Shown here in pieces: positions 9,678-20,402 of a stretch of DNA of 64,000 nucleotides. Below the pieces are notes generated by a model that was not told the DNA's origin, did not search any database, and was given only the letters and a program-made list of their open reading frames with translations. Made by a program: the position numbers and the translations under genes. Every line of letters starts with the position of its first letter. Position 1 is the stretch's first letter. The DNA comes from Candidatus Latescibacterota bacterium (GTDB taxonomy: Bacteria > Latescibacterota > UBA2968 > UBA8231). The stretch covers positions 1,216,001 through 1,280,000 of the forward strand of contig OZ242005.1 in assembly GCA_965204725.1 (NCBI GenBank), read 5' to 3'.

Positions 9678-10433
9678 ATGACCCAAGTAGAGCAATATCT
9701 GTTTGATCTCCAAGGCTATCTAATCGTCGAGGATGTGTTGGATGCGGAAGCGGTTGCCGCGTTGAACCGGCTGATTGACGCCCAAGCACTGGATGCGGAT
9801 GTCGAGCAGGCGCGAGGGCGGCTGCACAGCGGTGGGTTTTTGACGTGGGGGCAACCCTTTGTCGATTTGCTGGACCACGAGCGCGTTATGCCGCTGCTCA
9901 AAGTGATTCTCGGCGATGGCTTCCGGCTCGACCACTACTATGCGATTTATTTAGAGGCCGGGGCCGAGCGGCTCGGGCTGCATGGCGGCAATACCCCCTA
10001 CGATCCGCCGGAATATTACCACTTCCGCAATGGACAGATGTACAATGGGCTGACGGTCGTCGCTTGGAACTTGGCCGACACCGGGCCGGCGCAGGGCGGC
10101 TTTTGCTGCATTCCGGGCAGCCACAAGGTCAATTATCCCTGTCCGCAGGAAATCCGCGAGGCCCATGTCGAGGCCGGGTGCGTAGTGGTGCCGGAGGCCA
10201 AGGCCGGGTCGGTGGTGATTTTTACCGAGGCGCTCACGCACGGTACGGCACCGTGGCGGGCCGCGCACCAACGGCGCTCGCTGCTATTCAAATACAGTCC
10301 CGGGCAGCAGTCGTGGTCCAAAAACCACATTGAGCTGCCCGACAGCGTCGCCTTGACCGAGCGGCAGGCCCTGCTTTTTGAGCCGCCGTATTTCCACGCC
10401 CGGGCCTCGCTTTTTGCCGAGGTGCAATCATAA
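9678..10433 (+). CDS. PhyH family dioxygenase
   Basis: YLFDLQGYL, GGFCCIPGSHK, FTEALTHG. Confidence 0.87.
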   Translation: MTQVEQYLFDLQGYLIVEDVLDAEAVAALNRLIDAQALDADVEQARGRLHSGGFLTWGQPFVDLLDHERVMPLLKVILGDGFRLDHYYAIYLEAGAERLGLHGGNTPYDPPEYYHFRNGQMYNGLTVVAWNLADTGPAQGGFCCIPGSHKVNYPCPQEIREAHVEAGCVVVPEAKAGSVVIFTEALTHGTAPWRAAHQRRSLLFKYSPGQQSWSKNHIELPDSVALTERQALLFEPPYFHARASLFAEVQS

Positions 10434-10489
10434 CCCAGAGCACGCTCATCTTGGACATGCGTGGCATTCAACCGCGAAGGGGGTAATCC

Positions 10490-11605
10490 ATGAAAATCGC
10501 AGAGATTCGGACGTTTTTGGTGGGCAGGTTTTTGTTGGTGCGGGTCTATACCGATGAGGGGATCGTCGGCAATGGGGAGGCTGGGCTGTGGGCGCATCAC
10601 GGGGTCGTAAAAGAGGCTCTAAGGGAGTTGAGCGATTACTACGTAGGCAAGGACCCGCTCCGCATGGAGCATCACTATCAGGTGGTGTCGCGATCGGCGC
10701 ACTTCATGGGTGCGGCCATGAGCGCGGCCATGAGCGCGATAGACGTCGCGCTGTGGGATATATTCGGCAAGGCGGTGAACCGGCCCGTGTACCAGCTATT
10801 GGGCGGCAAGTGCCGGGACAAGGTAAAGGTGTACGAAAACGTCAGCGGACAGACGCCCGCCCAAGTGCGGGAGAGCGCGCAGGCGCGAGTGGAGCAGGGA
10901 TTTACGTCGTTGCGGATGGGGCCGTTTGTCAGCGGATTTGAGCAGCGCACCAGCACGGCCAACATCTCGACGGCCGTGAAATTGGTGGCCGCGGCGCGGG
11001 AGGCGATTGGGGACGAGGTGGATTTGGGGTTGGAAATCCATCGGAATTTGCGGCCGGAGGAGACCATCGCACTGGCCACGGAGTTGACGCCCTTTAAGAT
11101 ACTGTACTACGAAGACCCGCTGCCGCCCCAGAGCTTGGAGGCCCTCGAATACGTCGCTCGGCACATCGACATTCCAATTGCCACGGGCGAGCGATGCTAC
11201 AATCCCTTCCAGTTTAAGGATTTGCTCGACCGCCAGATCGTCAGCCTGATTCGGCCGGACGTGTCGTTGGCCGGCGGCTTCACGCAGGTAAAGAAAATTG
11301 CCGCGCTGGCGGAGACGGCTTTCGTCGGGGTATTTCCCCATCTGATGGGCAGCCCGATCAACAACGCGGCTTTCGCCCAGCTCGCCGCGGCCATTCCCAA
11401 CTACACGCACACTGAGCACAATGCCCTCAACGGGCCGCTGGCCGAGATCGTCGATGAGCCGCTGCGGGTCGAAGGCGGCTATCGGCTGCTGACCGATCGG
11501 CCCGGGATCGGGGTTGAAATCGTCGAGGACGCGCTGGCCAAATACCCGTACGAACGCTGGGCGATTCAGGGCCATTTCCACGCCGACGGGTCGGTGGCGC
11601 ACTAG
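10490..11605 (+). CDS. mandelate racemase/muconate-lactonizing enzyme family protein (galactonate dehydratase-like)
   Basis: TDEGIVGNGE, AIDVALWDI, LLGGKCR, YEDP, ATGER, PGIGVE. Confidence 0.9.
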   Translation: MKIAEIRTFLVGRFLLVRVYTDEGIVGNGEAGLWAHHGVVKEALRELSDYYVGKDPLRMEHHYQVVSRSAHFMGAAMSAAMSAIDVALWDIFGKAVNRPVYQLLGGKCRDKVKVYENVSGQTPAQVRESAQARVEQGFTSLRMGPFVSGFEQRTSTANISTAVKLVAAAREAIGDEVDLGLEIHRNLRPEETIALATELTPFKILYYEDPLPPQSLEALEYVARHIDIPIATGERCYNPFQFKDLLDRQIVSLIRPDVSLAGGFTQVKKIAALAETAFVGVFPHLMGSPINNAAFAQLAAAIPNYTHTEHNALNGPLAEIVDEPLRVEGGYRLLTDRPGIGVEIVEDALAKYPYERWAIQGHFHADGSVAH

Positions 11606-11614
11606 GAGGCTCTC

Positions 11615-13309
11615 GTGTTTGAGAAAATCTATCTCGAGCCAGAAAACAGGTGTTTTGCCGAGATCATGTCCAACAACAGGAGGTACATTGTACCGCTGTT
11701 TCAGCGAGACTATTCTTGGGAAGAGGAACAATGGGAGGAGCTGTGGGAGGATATTGAGCAAATGCAGCAAAGCCAGACTCAGCACTTTATGGGCTATCTG
11801 GTTTTGCAGACCAAGGACGGAAAGAGCTTTCAAATCATCGACGGCCAGCAGCGCATAACGACTGTTTCTATTGTTATATTAGCAGTATTGCAAACATTGC
11901 AAGCATTGGTCGATGACCAGATCGACGAAGAGGCAAATCGGCAAAGGATAGAGGAATACAAAAGGACCTATATTGGGGTTTTTGACTCCATTACGTTGAC
12001 GACCGCGCCGAAGTTGGTGCTCAATCGACACAACAATCAGCACTTTCGGGCCATGGTGGAAAGGTTGGAGGTGCCCACTAGGCGCAGGCTTACAAAGACC
12101 AATCGGATATTAAATAGGGCGTTTGAGTTCTTTGTAAATAAACTTTCTCAACAGAGAAGCGATGGGAGAAAGCTGGCGACCCTAGTGGAAGATATAGCAG
12201 ATGGCCTGCTCTTTACGGCGATTACCGTTAAAGACGACTTGAATGCCTATACTGTTTTTGAGACCCTCAATGCACGTGGCGTACATTTGGCCACTCCAGA
12301 TTTGTTGAAAAACTATCTCCTCTCAACGTTTGCGAGTCATCCGGCCTTTTTTACGGATGAAAACGTCGACGACTTTGCCGGACGCTGGCAGATGATCATT
12401 GAGCAACTAGGCGAGACTGAGTTCACTAGTTTTCTCCGCAGCCATAGGGGAATGACCGCGCCGCTGCCGCATAAGAGAGAACTTTACAAGTTGCTCCGGC
12501 GAGAGATCGATGCAGCTAAAAAAGTCTTTCCCTATCTTGAGAAACTCGAAAATCGGGCTCCAGTCTATGCCGCCCTGCAAGAACCCCACGACGATTTTTG
12601 GAAGGAACGAGCAGGGCGATATACACAAGCACAGCCCCATTTAGAAACCCTTAAGCTATTTGGCATTAAAACACCTCTCAGTCTGCTCATGGCCGGATAT
12701 GAGAGGTTTTCGCCGCCAGAATTCATCAAGCTGCTCCACTGCATTGCCGTGTTGACGCTGCGCTACAATGTTATTTGCAATCTAGCAACCAATGACCAAG
12801 AGCGGATGTACAACAGTACCGCCAACCAGTTAATGAAGGAAGACTTATCGTTGCAAGGGGTCATGGATAGGCTAAGGCCGATCTATCCGCCCGATGCAGA
12901 GGTGCGCCAGCGATTTAGCGACAAGAGTATGCCAAGTCGCCGCAGTAGCAAAAAAATTGTGTTTCTGTTGCGAGGAATTGAGATGCATTTAAGCAGCCAA
13001 GCCCCCCAAAATCTGACGCTCGAACACGTGTTGCCGTACAATCCCGGCGACGATTGGCAGGCTTATTTTGGCCGTGAGATATACGAAAATGCGATTGACC
13101 GTTTGGGTAACATGGCCTTGCTGCCTTCGTCGCAAAACATGGGACAGGAAGTTTTTGCGCAAAAAAGAGAGAGACTACAGGCTAGCGAGTATCGCATTAA
13201 TCGACACATCGCCGAGTACTCGGAATGGAACATGAACTGCTTAGAGGATCATCAGAGATGGTTGGCGAAGCAGGCAACCGCGGTGTGGAAAATATCGGAA
13301 TACGCTTAG
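11615..13309 (+). CDS. GmrSD-type (DUF262 + DUF1524/HNH) modification-dependent restriction endonuclease
   Basis: VPLFQRDYSW, IIDGQQR and FETLNARG (DUF262); LEHVLP...RLGNMALL (DUF1524); lower GC. Confidence 0.88.
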   Translation: MFEKIYLEPENRCFAEIMSNNRRYIVPLFQRDYSWEEEQWEELWEDIEQMQQSQTQHFMGYLVLQTKDGKSFQIIDGQQRITTVSIVILAVLQTLQALVDDQIDEEANRQRIEEYKRTYIGVFDSITLTTAPKLVLNRHNNQHFRAMVERLEVPTRRRLTKTNRILNRAFEFFVNKLSQQRSDGRKLATLVEDIADGLLFTAITVKDDLNAYTVFETLNARGVHLATPDLLKNYLLSTFASHPAFFTDENVDDFAGRWQMIIEQLGETEFTSFLRSHRGMTAPLPHKRELYKLLRREIDAAKKVFPYLEKLENRAPVYAALQEPHDDFWKERAGRYTQAQPHLETLKLFGIKTPLSLLMAGYERFSPPEFIKLLHCIAVLTLRYNVICNLATNDQERMYNSTANQLMKEDLSLQGVMDRLRPIYPPDAEVRQRFSDKSMPSRRSSKKIVFLLRGIEMHLSSQAPQNLTLEHVLPYNPGDDWQAYFGREIYENAIDRLGNMALLPSSQNMGQEVFAQKRERLQASEYRINRHIAEYSEWNMNCLEDHQRWLAKQATAVWKISEYA

Positions 13310-14448
13310 ATAGGAGAATGCCACGGAACGACGCGGATCCCTTGGTGGATCGCCTCGGCCGATCCTCCGTACACTAGGATGGGGTCCACGGCCGCAGGCC
13401 CAGCAAGCCGTAGCCAGCGATGCAGCCCCTTAAAAAAGTCGCGATTCAGGGTTTGTCCCGACTTGATCTCAATCGGCTGCAAACCGTCGCCGCGCTGGAC
13501 TAAGAGGTCGATTTCGTGGCCGCTGCGGTCGCGCCAGAAATAGAGGTCGGCCGGCAAGCCCTGATTGTAGCGGGCTTTCAACAATTCTCCGACGATGAAG
13601 GTTTCAAATAAAGCCCCCCGCTGGGCATGGGCATTGAGTTGGGCGGCATCGCGGATCGTTAGTAGATAGACGGCCAGCCCGGGGTCGCAGAAGTACAATT
13701 TGGGCGTCTTGATCAGCCGTTTGTTAAAGTTTTGGTGGTGAGGCTGGAGCAGATAGACGATATAGCTGGCCTCCAGAATGGAAATCCAAGCCCGGGCCGT
13801 GTTGGCGTTGATGCCGGCGTCAGCGGCCAAATTGGACAGGTTGAGCAATTGGCCACTGCGGCCGGCGCACAGGCGCACAAAGCGCTGGAAGACACTCAAA
13901 TCGCGCACATTGACCAGTTGCCGCACGTCCCGTTCGATATAGGTCTGCAAATAGTTGGCGTACCAGATGCTCGGATTGAGCGCGCGGTCGTGGACCGGAG
14001 GATAGAGACCGGTGAAGAGCACGTCGTCCAGCGAAGTTGAGGAACGATAGCACTCGCGGAAGCTAAAGGGCAGCAACTGTACCAACGCAATGCGGCCGGC
14101 CAAGGATTGGGTAACGCCGGCCAGCAGACCGAATTGCTGCGAGCCGGTCAAAACGAAGCGACCGGGGTGCGGGTCGGCATCTACCAAGCCCTGTAGGTAG
14201 GAAAAAAGGTGGGGGCACCGTTGCGCCTCGTCGAAGACGGCCCCGTCGGGATAGGCCGCCAAAAAGCCTCTCGGGTCGTCTTGGGCCCGTTCGTGGTCGT
14301 CGGGGTTTTCCAGCGAGATATAGGGTTTGTCGGCAAAGACGTGGCGGGCGAGGGTTGACTTGCCGGATTGACGCGGGCCGGTGATGCCGATAACCGGATA
14401 GCCCCGGGCCAATTCCCGCAACGTCTTTTCGGCTTGGCGTGGAATCAT
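13306..14448 (-). CDS. AAA_14 ATPase with DUF4143 domain
   Basis: GPRQSGKST, FDEAQR, LTGSQ, YIERDVR, KTPKLYFCDPG, EIDL...IEIKSG. Confidence 0.9.
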   Translation of the reverse strand: MIPRQAEKTLRELARGYPVIGITGPRQSGKSTLARHVFADKPYISLENPDDHERAQDDPRGFLAAYPDGAVFDEAQRCPHLFSYLQGLVDADPHPGRFVLTGSQQFGLLAGVTQSLAGRIALVQLLPFSFRECYRSSTSLDDVLFTGLYPPVHDRALNPSIWYANYLQTYIERDVRQLVNVRDLSVFQRFVRLCAGRSGQLLNLSNLAADAGINANTARAWISILEASYIVYLLQPHHQNFNKRLIKTPKLYFCDPGLAVYLLTIRDAAQLNAHAQRGALFETFIVGELLKARYNQGLPADLYFWRDRSGHEIDLLVQRGDGLQPIEIKSGQTLNRDFFKGLHRWLRLAGPAAVDPILVYGGSAEAIHQGIRVVPWHSPI

Positions 14449-14544
14449 GGGATGGCCCGTTTTTTTGGCTAATTGTGAATTGAATTCTTGATTAGCAAAG
14501 TAAAAACCATACATTCGGCAGTCAATTCAACGCGGGAGAACGCC

Positions 14545-15456
14545 ATGATCGACCATACCTTGCGCGACCAGCTAAAGGATGTTCACGCCTACGCGCTGAC
14601 CATTTACCAGCGCGATGATCCCTACGCCCTCGACTTGGACGGGTTTGCGCGCAATGTCGCGTGGGCGGCCGACCGGGGGGTGCGGGTCTTTGTGGTGGCC
14701 GGTGGGACCGGCGAAAACGACGCGCTGGCCCCGCCCGAGCGCTTGGCACTGGCCGAGTGTGCCCTAGCAACGGTGGGCGAGCGGGCGCTGGTGGTGCCGA
14801 CCTTGCCCGGCAATTTGGGCGAGGCCGCCCAGTTAGCGCCGCGCTACGAGGCATTGGGGGTGCGCGTAGCACTGGCGATGGCGCCCTACACGCGCCACGA
14901 GGCACCCGCAGACCCCGAAGGCGTGTACCAATACTACGCGGCATTGGGGACGCGGTCGGGGCTGGCGCTGATGCCCTACAATACGCAGGGCTGGTCGGCC
15001 GAACTTTTTGAACGGCTGGCCGCCGTGGAGCCGATCGCCGCGATCAAGGACCCCTGCGTTGATCCGCATCCCCTCTTCCGCGCCATCCAGCGGCTCGGCG
15101 ATCGCTTCGTCTGGATCGGCAACAAGCGCCACGACCCGGGCGTGTTGCACTTCCGCTTCCAAGCTGGGATCGAGGGTTTTACCGCGGGTTTTGTCAACTT
15201 TGCCCCGCAGCTAGAGCTGGCCCTGTTTGCGGCTGCACAACGGCAGGATTGGCCGCTTATGATCGAGTTGCAGGAGCGGCTAGCTCCCTTGGAGCGGCTG
15301 CGGGCGCGCTTTGACGACGCGGGCATGCTCAAGGCGACGATGGAACTGATGGGGCTGGCCGGCGGGGCGGTGCGTCCGCCGCGCATGGACGTACCGCCGG
15401 CCGGGCGCGAGGCCATTAAAAAGGAATTGCAGCACTTGGGGGTTTTGGGCGCGTAG
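14545..15456 (+). CDS. dihydrodipicolinate synthase family aldolase/dehydratase
   Basis: GGTGE, PYN, AIKD (Schiff-base Lys), GGAVRPP. Confidence 0.85.
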   Translation: MIDHTLRDQLKDVHAYALTIYQRDDPYALDLDGFARNVAWAADRGVRVFVVAGGTGENDALAPPERLALAECALATVGERALVVPTLPGNLGEAAQLAPRYEALGVRVALAMAPYTRHEAPADPEGVYQYYAALGTRSGLALMPYNTQGWSAELFERLAAVEPIAAIKDPCVDPHPLFRAIQRLGDRFVWIGNKRHDPGVLHFRFQAGIEGFTAGFVNFAPQLELALFAAAQRQDWPLMIELQERLAPLERLRARFDDAGMLKATMELMGLAGGAVRPPRMDVPPAGREAIKKELQHLGVLGA

Positions 15457-15459
15457 GCC

Positions 15460-17289
15460 ATGCAGCCGTTGCCCTTGTTCCCTATCACCTTGTTGGGGGT
15501 GGCCGTTGATCTCTGGCTGCGGCCGACGCTCGACTTGCGGCCAGCGCAGTGGGCGTGGTGGGGGCTGTCGGTGGGGTTCTCGCTGGCAATGTGGCAGGGC
15601 CTGTTCGCGTTTAGCAGCCGGTTGCGCCCGCGCCCACAAGCGGCGTTGGTCCTCGGCGTCGGCGCGCTGACCGCCGCGCTGACCGTGGTGTGGATCGGCT
15701 TCCACGAGGTGTTTTACTGCTGGCCGACGGCCTACGCGCTCGTGCATTCGGCCGGCCATCCCCGCGAGGCTTGGGGATATATCCGCCATGAGGCCGATTG
15801 GGGAGACGCCCTCGTCTGGGGAGTGGTGGTGGTCTTGGTCGCGGGCTGGTGGTGCTACAAGCTGCGCTCGGCCCGCCCGGCCGCGCCCGGCCGAGTTTGG
15901 GCCGCGCTGGGCTTGGCCGGGGCGGTGGCTTTTGGCGCGGTGCATCGCCACGCGAGCATCATGGTGCCGGATGCAGCGGCCGCGAAGCTGGCCATTGACC
16001 TAGCCGTCCATTCGCTCATCGGCGGGGTGCATGGGCGTTTGTTGCAAGCGAGCCGCCCGGCCGCGTCGGCGATTTACAGCGGCGCGCCCGTGGATGCGAG
16101 CGCGCCTAACCTCATCGTGGTCATCGGCGAAAGCGTCGCGCCCGGCCGCACCGGCCTCTATGGGTACGAGCGGCAAACCACGCCGCGGCTGGCAGCGTTG
16201 CGTACGGCACACCCAGCCGATTGGGTGCAGATGGAAAAGGCCGTGTCCAATGCCACGGCGACCAAGGTGGCGCTGCCGGCCATGCTGACCGGGCTTTTCC
16301 CGTCGCGCCCGCCAGTTGACCAGCACACCTTCCCGCTGCTGTGGCACTATGCCCACGCCGCTGGCTATCAGACGGCGCTGATCTCGGCCCAGAGCTATGC
16401 TTGGAACAATCTCGAGGGATTTTTCATCGATGACGCGCTGGACCACGTGTTTACGCTTGAGCGCTCGGACGCCGCGATCGTCAACTCCGAAGGCATGGAC
16501 GATGGCCGGATGATGGCGGAGACCCTCGCAACCATCGACCGCTTTGCCGCCCGCGGCCCGTTTGTGGTCGCCCTGCAATTCAACGGCACGCACTATCCGG
16601 GCTACGCTCCGCCCGATTGGCAGCCGTGGCCGGACGCGCGCTACGATAATGCGGTCGCCTATATGGACCACCTGCTCGGACAGCTATTCGACCACCTCGA
16701 CGCCCAAGGCTTAGCCGCGAATACGAGTGTGCTCTTTGCGGCCGACCACGGCGAAGACCTCGACCGCGTCCACCAGCTCCATCGCACGGATTCGTATTAC
16801 CAGACCGCCATTGCCATCCCGTTTTTTGCCGTGGTGCCCGAGCGGCACCGGCAGCGGTTGGGGGCGCGCTACGAGCAGTGGCGTCAAAACGCGCAGAGGC
16901 GCGTCGCGCTGACGGACTTGGTGCCGACCGCGCTGGACCTCCTCGGGCTGTCGGCCGATTCCTTGGTCGGCGCGTGGCAGGAGCGCCTCGACGGCCGCTC
17001 GCTCCTGCGGCCGCTCGCCCCCGAGCGCCTCATCGTGATCGTCAACACGGACGAACACGTGCAGTGGTCGCGCAAAGGCTACGCGGTTGTGGCCGGCGAT
17101 TGGAAGTACATCAACTACAGTTGGCGCGGCGCCATGCTGTTCGACTTGGCGGCCGACGCGCTGGAGCAGCGCGACTTGCTGGCGGGGGCCGCGCCCGCGC
17201 TGAGTCGGTCTGGGCAGCGGCACGTGCGCCGCGTACGCGCCTTGGTCGCCCAGACGCCCGCGCTGGCCGACATGCACGCAGAGTATTGA
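15460..17289 (+). CDS. membrane-anchored alkaline-phosphatase-superfamily transferase (EptA/LtaS-like)
   Basis: About 5 N-terminal TM segments; NLIVVIGES, YGYERQTTPRL, Thr nucleophile region ATATKVALP, GTHYP, ADHGE. Confidence 0.8.
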   Translation: MQPLPLFPITLLGVAVDLWLRPTLDLRPAQWAWWGLSVGFSLAMWQGLFAFSSRLRPRPQAALVLGVGALTAALTVVWIGFHEVFYCWPTAYALVHSAGHPREAWGYIRHEADWGDALVWGVVVVLVAGWWCYKLRSARPAAPGRVWAALGLAGAVAFGAVHRHASIMVPDAAAAKLAIDLAVHSLIGGVHGRLLQASRPAASAIYSGAPVDASAPNLIVVIGESVAPGRTGLYGYERQTTPRLAALRTAHPADWVQMEKAVSNATATKVALPAMLTGLFPSRPPVDQHTFPLLWHYAHAAGYQTALISAQSYAWNNLEGFFIDDALDHVFTLERSDAAIVNSEGMDDGRMMAETLATIDRFAARGPFVVALQFNGTHYPGYAPPDWQPWPDARYDNAVAYMDHLLGQLFDHLDAQGLAANTSVLFAADHGEDLDRVHQLHRTDSYYQTAIAIPFFAVVPERHRQRLGARYEQWRQNAQRRVALTDLVPTALDLLGLSADSLVGAWQERLDGRSLLRPLAPERLIVIVNTDEHVQWSRKGYAVVAGDWKYINYSWRGAMLFDLAADALEQRDLLAGAAPALSRSGQRHVRRVRALVAQTPALADMHAEY

Positions 17290-17292
17290 AGG

Positions 17293-19419
17293 TTGCAGCG
17301 GTCCATTCCCAACACCTTTGCCACCGCCCCTACATCGCGCCCGGGGGCCGCGCTGGGTGCGACTTGGCGCGGCTTTTGGACGGGTATCTTTCTCAGCTTT
17401 TTTCTCGCCATTGGCGCGCCATACGCCAACATGGCCATGCATGCGACCTTCATGGCGTGGGACTTCAACACCCCGGGCGCGATCTTCCTGTTCCTCGTGC
17501 TCATCGGCCTGCTCAATGTCCTGTTCAAGGTGGTGGCGCGGAACGGGGCTTGGGCGCTGAGTGCGGCCGGGGTCGCGCTGGCGCTCTATCTGGCGTATTA
17601 CCTGCCTCAGCCGCAGATCGACCTGTTCAAGCCGGGCCTGTGGTTTGCCTCCTTTGTGGTGGCTTCGGCCCTGCTCAACGCGGCCTTGGTCTGGCGCGGT
17701 GGGTCGCTCGCGCTGGGCCGCGCCGACTTGGTCTTGGTGTACATTATGCTCTTGATGGTCTCGGGCCTGTGTACGATGGGCATGAGCCAGCAGTTGCTGC
17801 CCATTCTCGCGGCCTTTGCGTATTACGGTACGCCGCAAAACCAGTGGCAGGAAAAGCTCAGCCCGCTCTTGCCCGAGCATGCGATCTTGGTTGACGACGG
17901 CGGGGACAACCGCGCCTTCTTTGAGGGGGGAGCAATCCCCTATGGGGCTTGGGTCGAGCCGCTGTTGTGGTGGGCGGTGTTTCTCATCGCGCTCTACGCG
18001 ACGATGGTGGCCGCGGCCGTGATCTTGCGGCGGCAGTGGATGGACCGCGAGCGGCTGGCGTACCCGGTGGCGCAGGTGGGAGCGGCCATGGTGCAGGGCG
18101 AGGGCCGGGGTTTGGTCAATCGCTTTTTTGCGAGCCGGGCCCTCTGGTATGGCTGCGCCATCCCGGTGCTGTGGGGATCACTGGAGGCCCTACACCGGTA
18201 CGAGCCGTTGATGCCCAATGTAAATTTGCATTGGACGATGCCCTATTTCGGCCAGCGCTTGCAACTGCGGATCATTTTCGCGCTGGTGGGTTTTTCTTAT
18301 TTGATCAATACGAGCATCTCGGCCGGCCTGTGGATCTTCCAGCTCTTGGTCCGGGCCGAGTCCGAGTTCCTGCTTTTGACGGGCCTGATCTCCAAGCAGA
18401 AGTTCGTCTATGGCATTGCCTTCCAGCCCTATCTGGCCTATCAGGGCGGCGGCGCGTTGCTGGCGCTGGTGCTGGCCGGATTGTGGGTGGGCCGCGAACA
18501 CCTCAAGCGGGTGTTTTGCAAGGCGTTTGGGGGTGCCCGCGACCTAGACGATGGCGACGAGATCGTCTCGTATCGCGGCGCGGTTTGCGCCTTGCTGGCG
18601 GGCGTGGCGACGATGGTGGGGTGGCTGTGGCTGATGGGGGTGCAATTATGGGTGGCGGCGGTGTTTATTGGATTGGCGCTGTTGATCTTTATCGGGATTA
18701 GCCGGATTGTGGCCGAGGCCGGGTTGGCGGCCGTGCGCTCGCCCATGATCGCGCCGGACTTGATGATCCACGGCTTGGGCGTCAACCTGATCGGCACCAG
18801 CGGGGTGTTCAATTTGTCGCTGGCCTATATCTGGTGCGCCGACATCCGCATCTTTGTGATGGCGCTGTTGGTCAACGGGCTGAAGCTGGTCGAGGACGTG
18901 ACGCGGTCGAGTCGGCGGGTGGTGATGGGGGCGGTGTGCTTGGCCATTTTGATTGGCGCGGCCGGCTCGTGCTGGATGGTGTTGCAGATGGCGTACCGGC
19001 ACGGGGGGATCAATCTGGAGGGGTGGATTTTTAAGGGCGGGCCGTCAACCGTGTACAACTATGCGGTGCGCGGGCTGGAGCCGGCGGGCGTGGCGTGGGA
19101 TGGACTCGCTTTTTGCGCCGGCGGTGGGGCGGTCATGCTCTTGCTGATGTGGGCGCGGCACCACGTACTCTGGTGGCCTTTGCACCCGCTGGGCTTTGTG
19201 GTGGCCGCCAATCACCTGATGGACAAAATATGGTTCAGCGTTTTCATTGCGTGGGCGGTCAAGCGGCTCGTGCTGCGCTTTGGCGGGCCGGCGCTCTACG
19301 CGGCGAGTGTGCGCTTTTTTTTAGGGCTGATTATGGGCGAGAGCCTGTGCAACGGCCTGTGGATTGTCATCGACTACTTTACCGGCCAGACCGGCAACAA
19401 AGTGTTCATCATCGGCTGA
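17293..19419 (+). CDS. DUF6785/DUF6784-type polytopic membrane protein (putative peptide transporter)
   Basis: Many TM segments; ILRRQWMDRERLAYPV, RIVAEAG, WWPLHPLGF, FFLGLIMGE. Confidence 0.78.
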   Translation: MQRSIPNTFATAPTSRPGAALGATWRGFWTGIFLSFFLAIGAPYANMAMHATFMAWDFNTPGAIFLFLVLIGLLNVLFKVVARNGAWALSAAGVALALYLAYYLPQPQIDLFKPGLWFASFVVASALLNAALVWRGGSLALGRADLVLVYIMLLMVSGLCTMGMSQQLLPILAAFAYYGTPQNQWQEKLSPLLPEHAILVDDGGDNRAFFEGGAIPYGAWVEPLLWWAVFLIALYATMVAAAVILRRQWMDRERLAYPVAQVGAAMVQGEGRGLVNRFFASRALWYGCAIPVLWGSLEALHRYEPLMPNVNLHWTMPYFGQRLQLRIIFALVGFSYLINTSISAGLWIFQLLVRAESEFLLLTGLISKQKFVYGIAFQPYLAYQGGGALLALVLAGLWVGREHLKRVFCKAFGGARDLDDGDEIVSYRGAVCALLAGVATMVGWLWLMGVQLWVAAVFIGLALLIFIGISRIVAEAGLAAVRSPMIAPDLMIHGLGVNLIGTSGVFNLSLAYIWCADIRIFVMALLVNGLKLVEDVTRSSRRVVMGAVCLAILIGAAGSCWMVLQMAYRHGGINLEGWIFKGGPSTVYNYAVRGLEPAGVAWDGLAFCAGGGAVMLLLMWARHHVLWWPLHPLGFVVAANHLMDKIWFSVFIAWAVKRLVLRFGGPALYAASVRFFLGLIMGESLCNGLWIVIDYFTGQTGNKVFIIG

Positions 19420-19449
19420 AACGGCTCATGCAGAAGGAATGCGACTTTA

Positions 19450-20175
19450 GTGATTGACCAAGTGCTTATTTTGGCGGCTGGCGATGGCTCGCGCCTGCGC
19501 GACCACGTGCCGGTGGAACACAAGGGGCTCGTCGAAATGGGGGGCGAGCCGCTCTTGGGGCGCACCTGCCGGGTGTTGGGCGAGTTGGGCTTGCGGGAGG
19601 CGATCGTGGTCACCGGGCATCGCGGCTCGGCAGTGCAAGCGGTCCTGAATGGGATGGGCGATTTGGGGATTGCGCTGCGATTTGTCGAGAACCGGCAATG
19701 GAAGCTCGCCAATGGGATTTCGGTGTTGGCGGCCGCCGAGGTGCTGGCGGAGCAATTCCTCCTCCTGATGGCCGATCATCTCTTCGACCCGCAGATGCTC
19801 GCCGCGATGTGCGGCGTCCGCTTAGGTCCTGGGGAGGTGGTGTTGGCGGTGGACCGCAAGTTGGACTCGATCTACGACATGGACGATGCCACAAAGGTTC
19901 GGCTGGCGGGCGAGCGCGTCGCGGCGATTGGCAAGGAGCTAACGGATTTCAACGGCATTGACACCGGCCTGTTTGCTTGCAGCAACGCACTGGTGGCGCA
20001 CCTGAGCGCGGTGGAGGCGCGGCGCGGCGATTGCAGCTTGACCGATGGGATGCGGGTGCTGATTGAGCGGGGCCGGTTGCGCGCTTTGGACATTGGCGCG
20101 GCGTGGTGGCAGGATGTGGATACGCTGGGGGCCTTGACGCACGGCGTTGGGCTGCTGCAGGCGCACGAGCACTAG
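19450..20175 (+). CDS. NTP transferase (inositol-1-phosphate/choline-phosphate cytidylyltransferase-like)
   Basis: ILAAGDGSRL, NGISVL, LMADH, DDATKV, IGKEL, IDTGLF, WQDVDT. Confidence 0.85.
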   Translation: MIDQVLILAAGDGSRLRDHVPVEHKGLVEMGGEPLLGRTCRVLGELGLREAIVVTGHRGSAVQAVLNGMGDLGIALRFVENRQWKLANGISVLAAAEVLAEQFLLLMADHLFDPQMLAAMCGVRLGPGEVVLAVDRKLDSIYDMDDATKVRLAGERVAAIGKELTDFNGIDTGLFACSNALVAHLSAVEARRGDCSLTDGMRVLIERGRLRALDIGAAWWQDVDTLGALTHGVGLLQAHEH

Positions 20176-20402
20176 GGCACAGGCTCGCTCTTGCTTTGTT
20201 TGCGTTTGTTTTTGCGGCGGTACAGCACGTAAAAGGGGTACGAGGCGACGAGTGCGAGCGCGATGACCACGGCGGAGACCCAGCCGAACATGCTGCCGAT
20301 TGCGCCGATGATGATGATGGGGCCGATGTAGGCTTGGGCCGCGCTGCTCAACAGGAGCAGGAGCGCGCCGGCGAGGCTAATTCTCGAGAAAGGGCAGGGC
20401 AT
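20172..20402 (-). CDS. small membrane protein (signal peptide, AYIGP motif, TM, basic tail)
   Basis: SSAAQAYIGP, hydrophobic segment, RRKNKRK; overlaps the ASST stop. Confidence 0.65.
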   Translation of the reverse strand: MPCPFSRISLAGALLLLLSSAAQAYIGPIIIIGAIGSMFGWVSAVVIALALVASYPFYVLYRRKNKRKQSKSEPVP

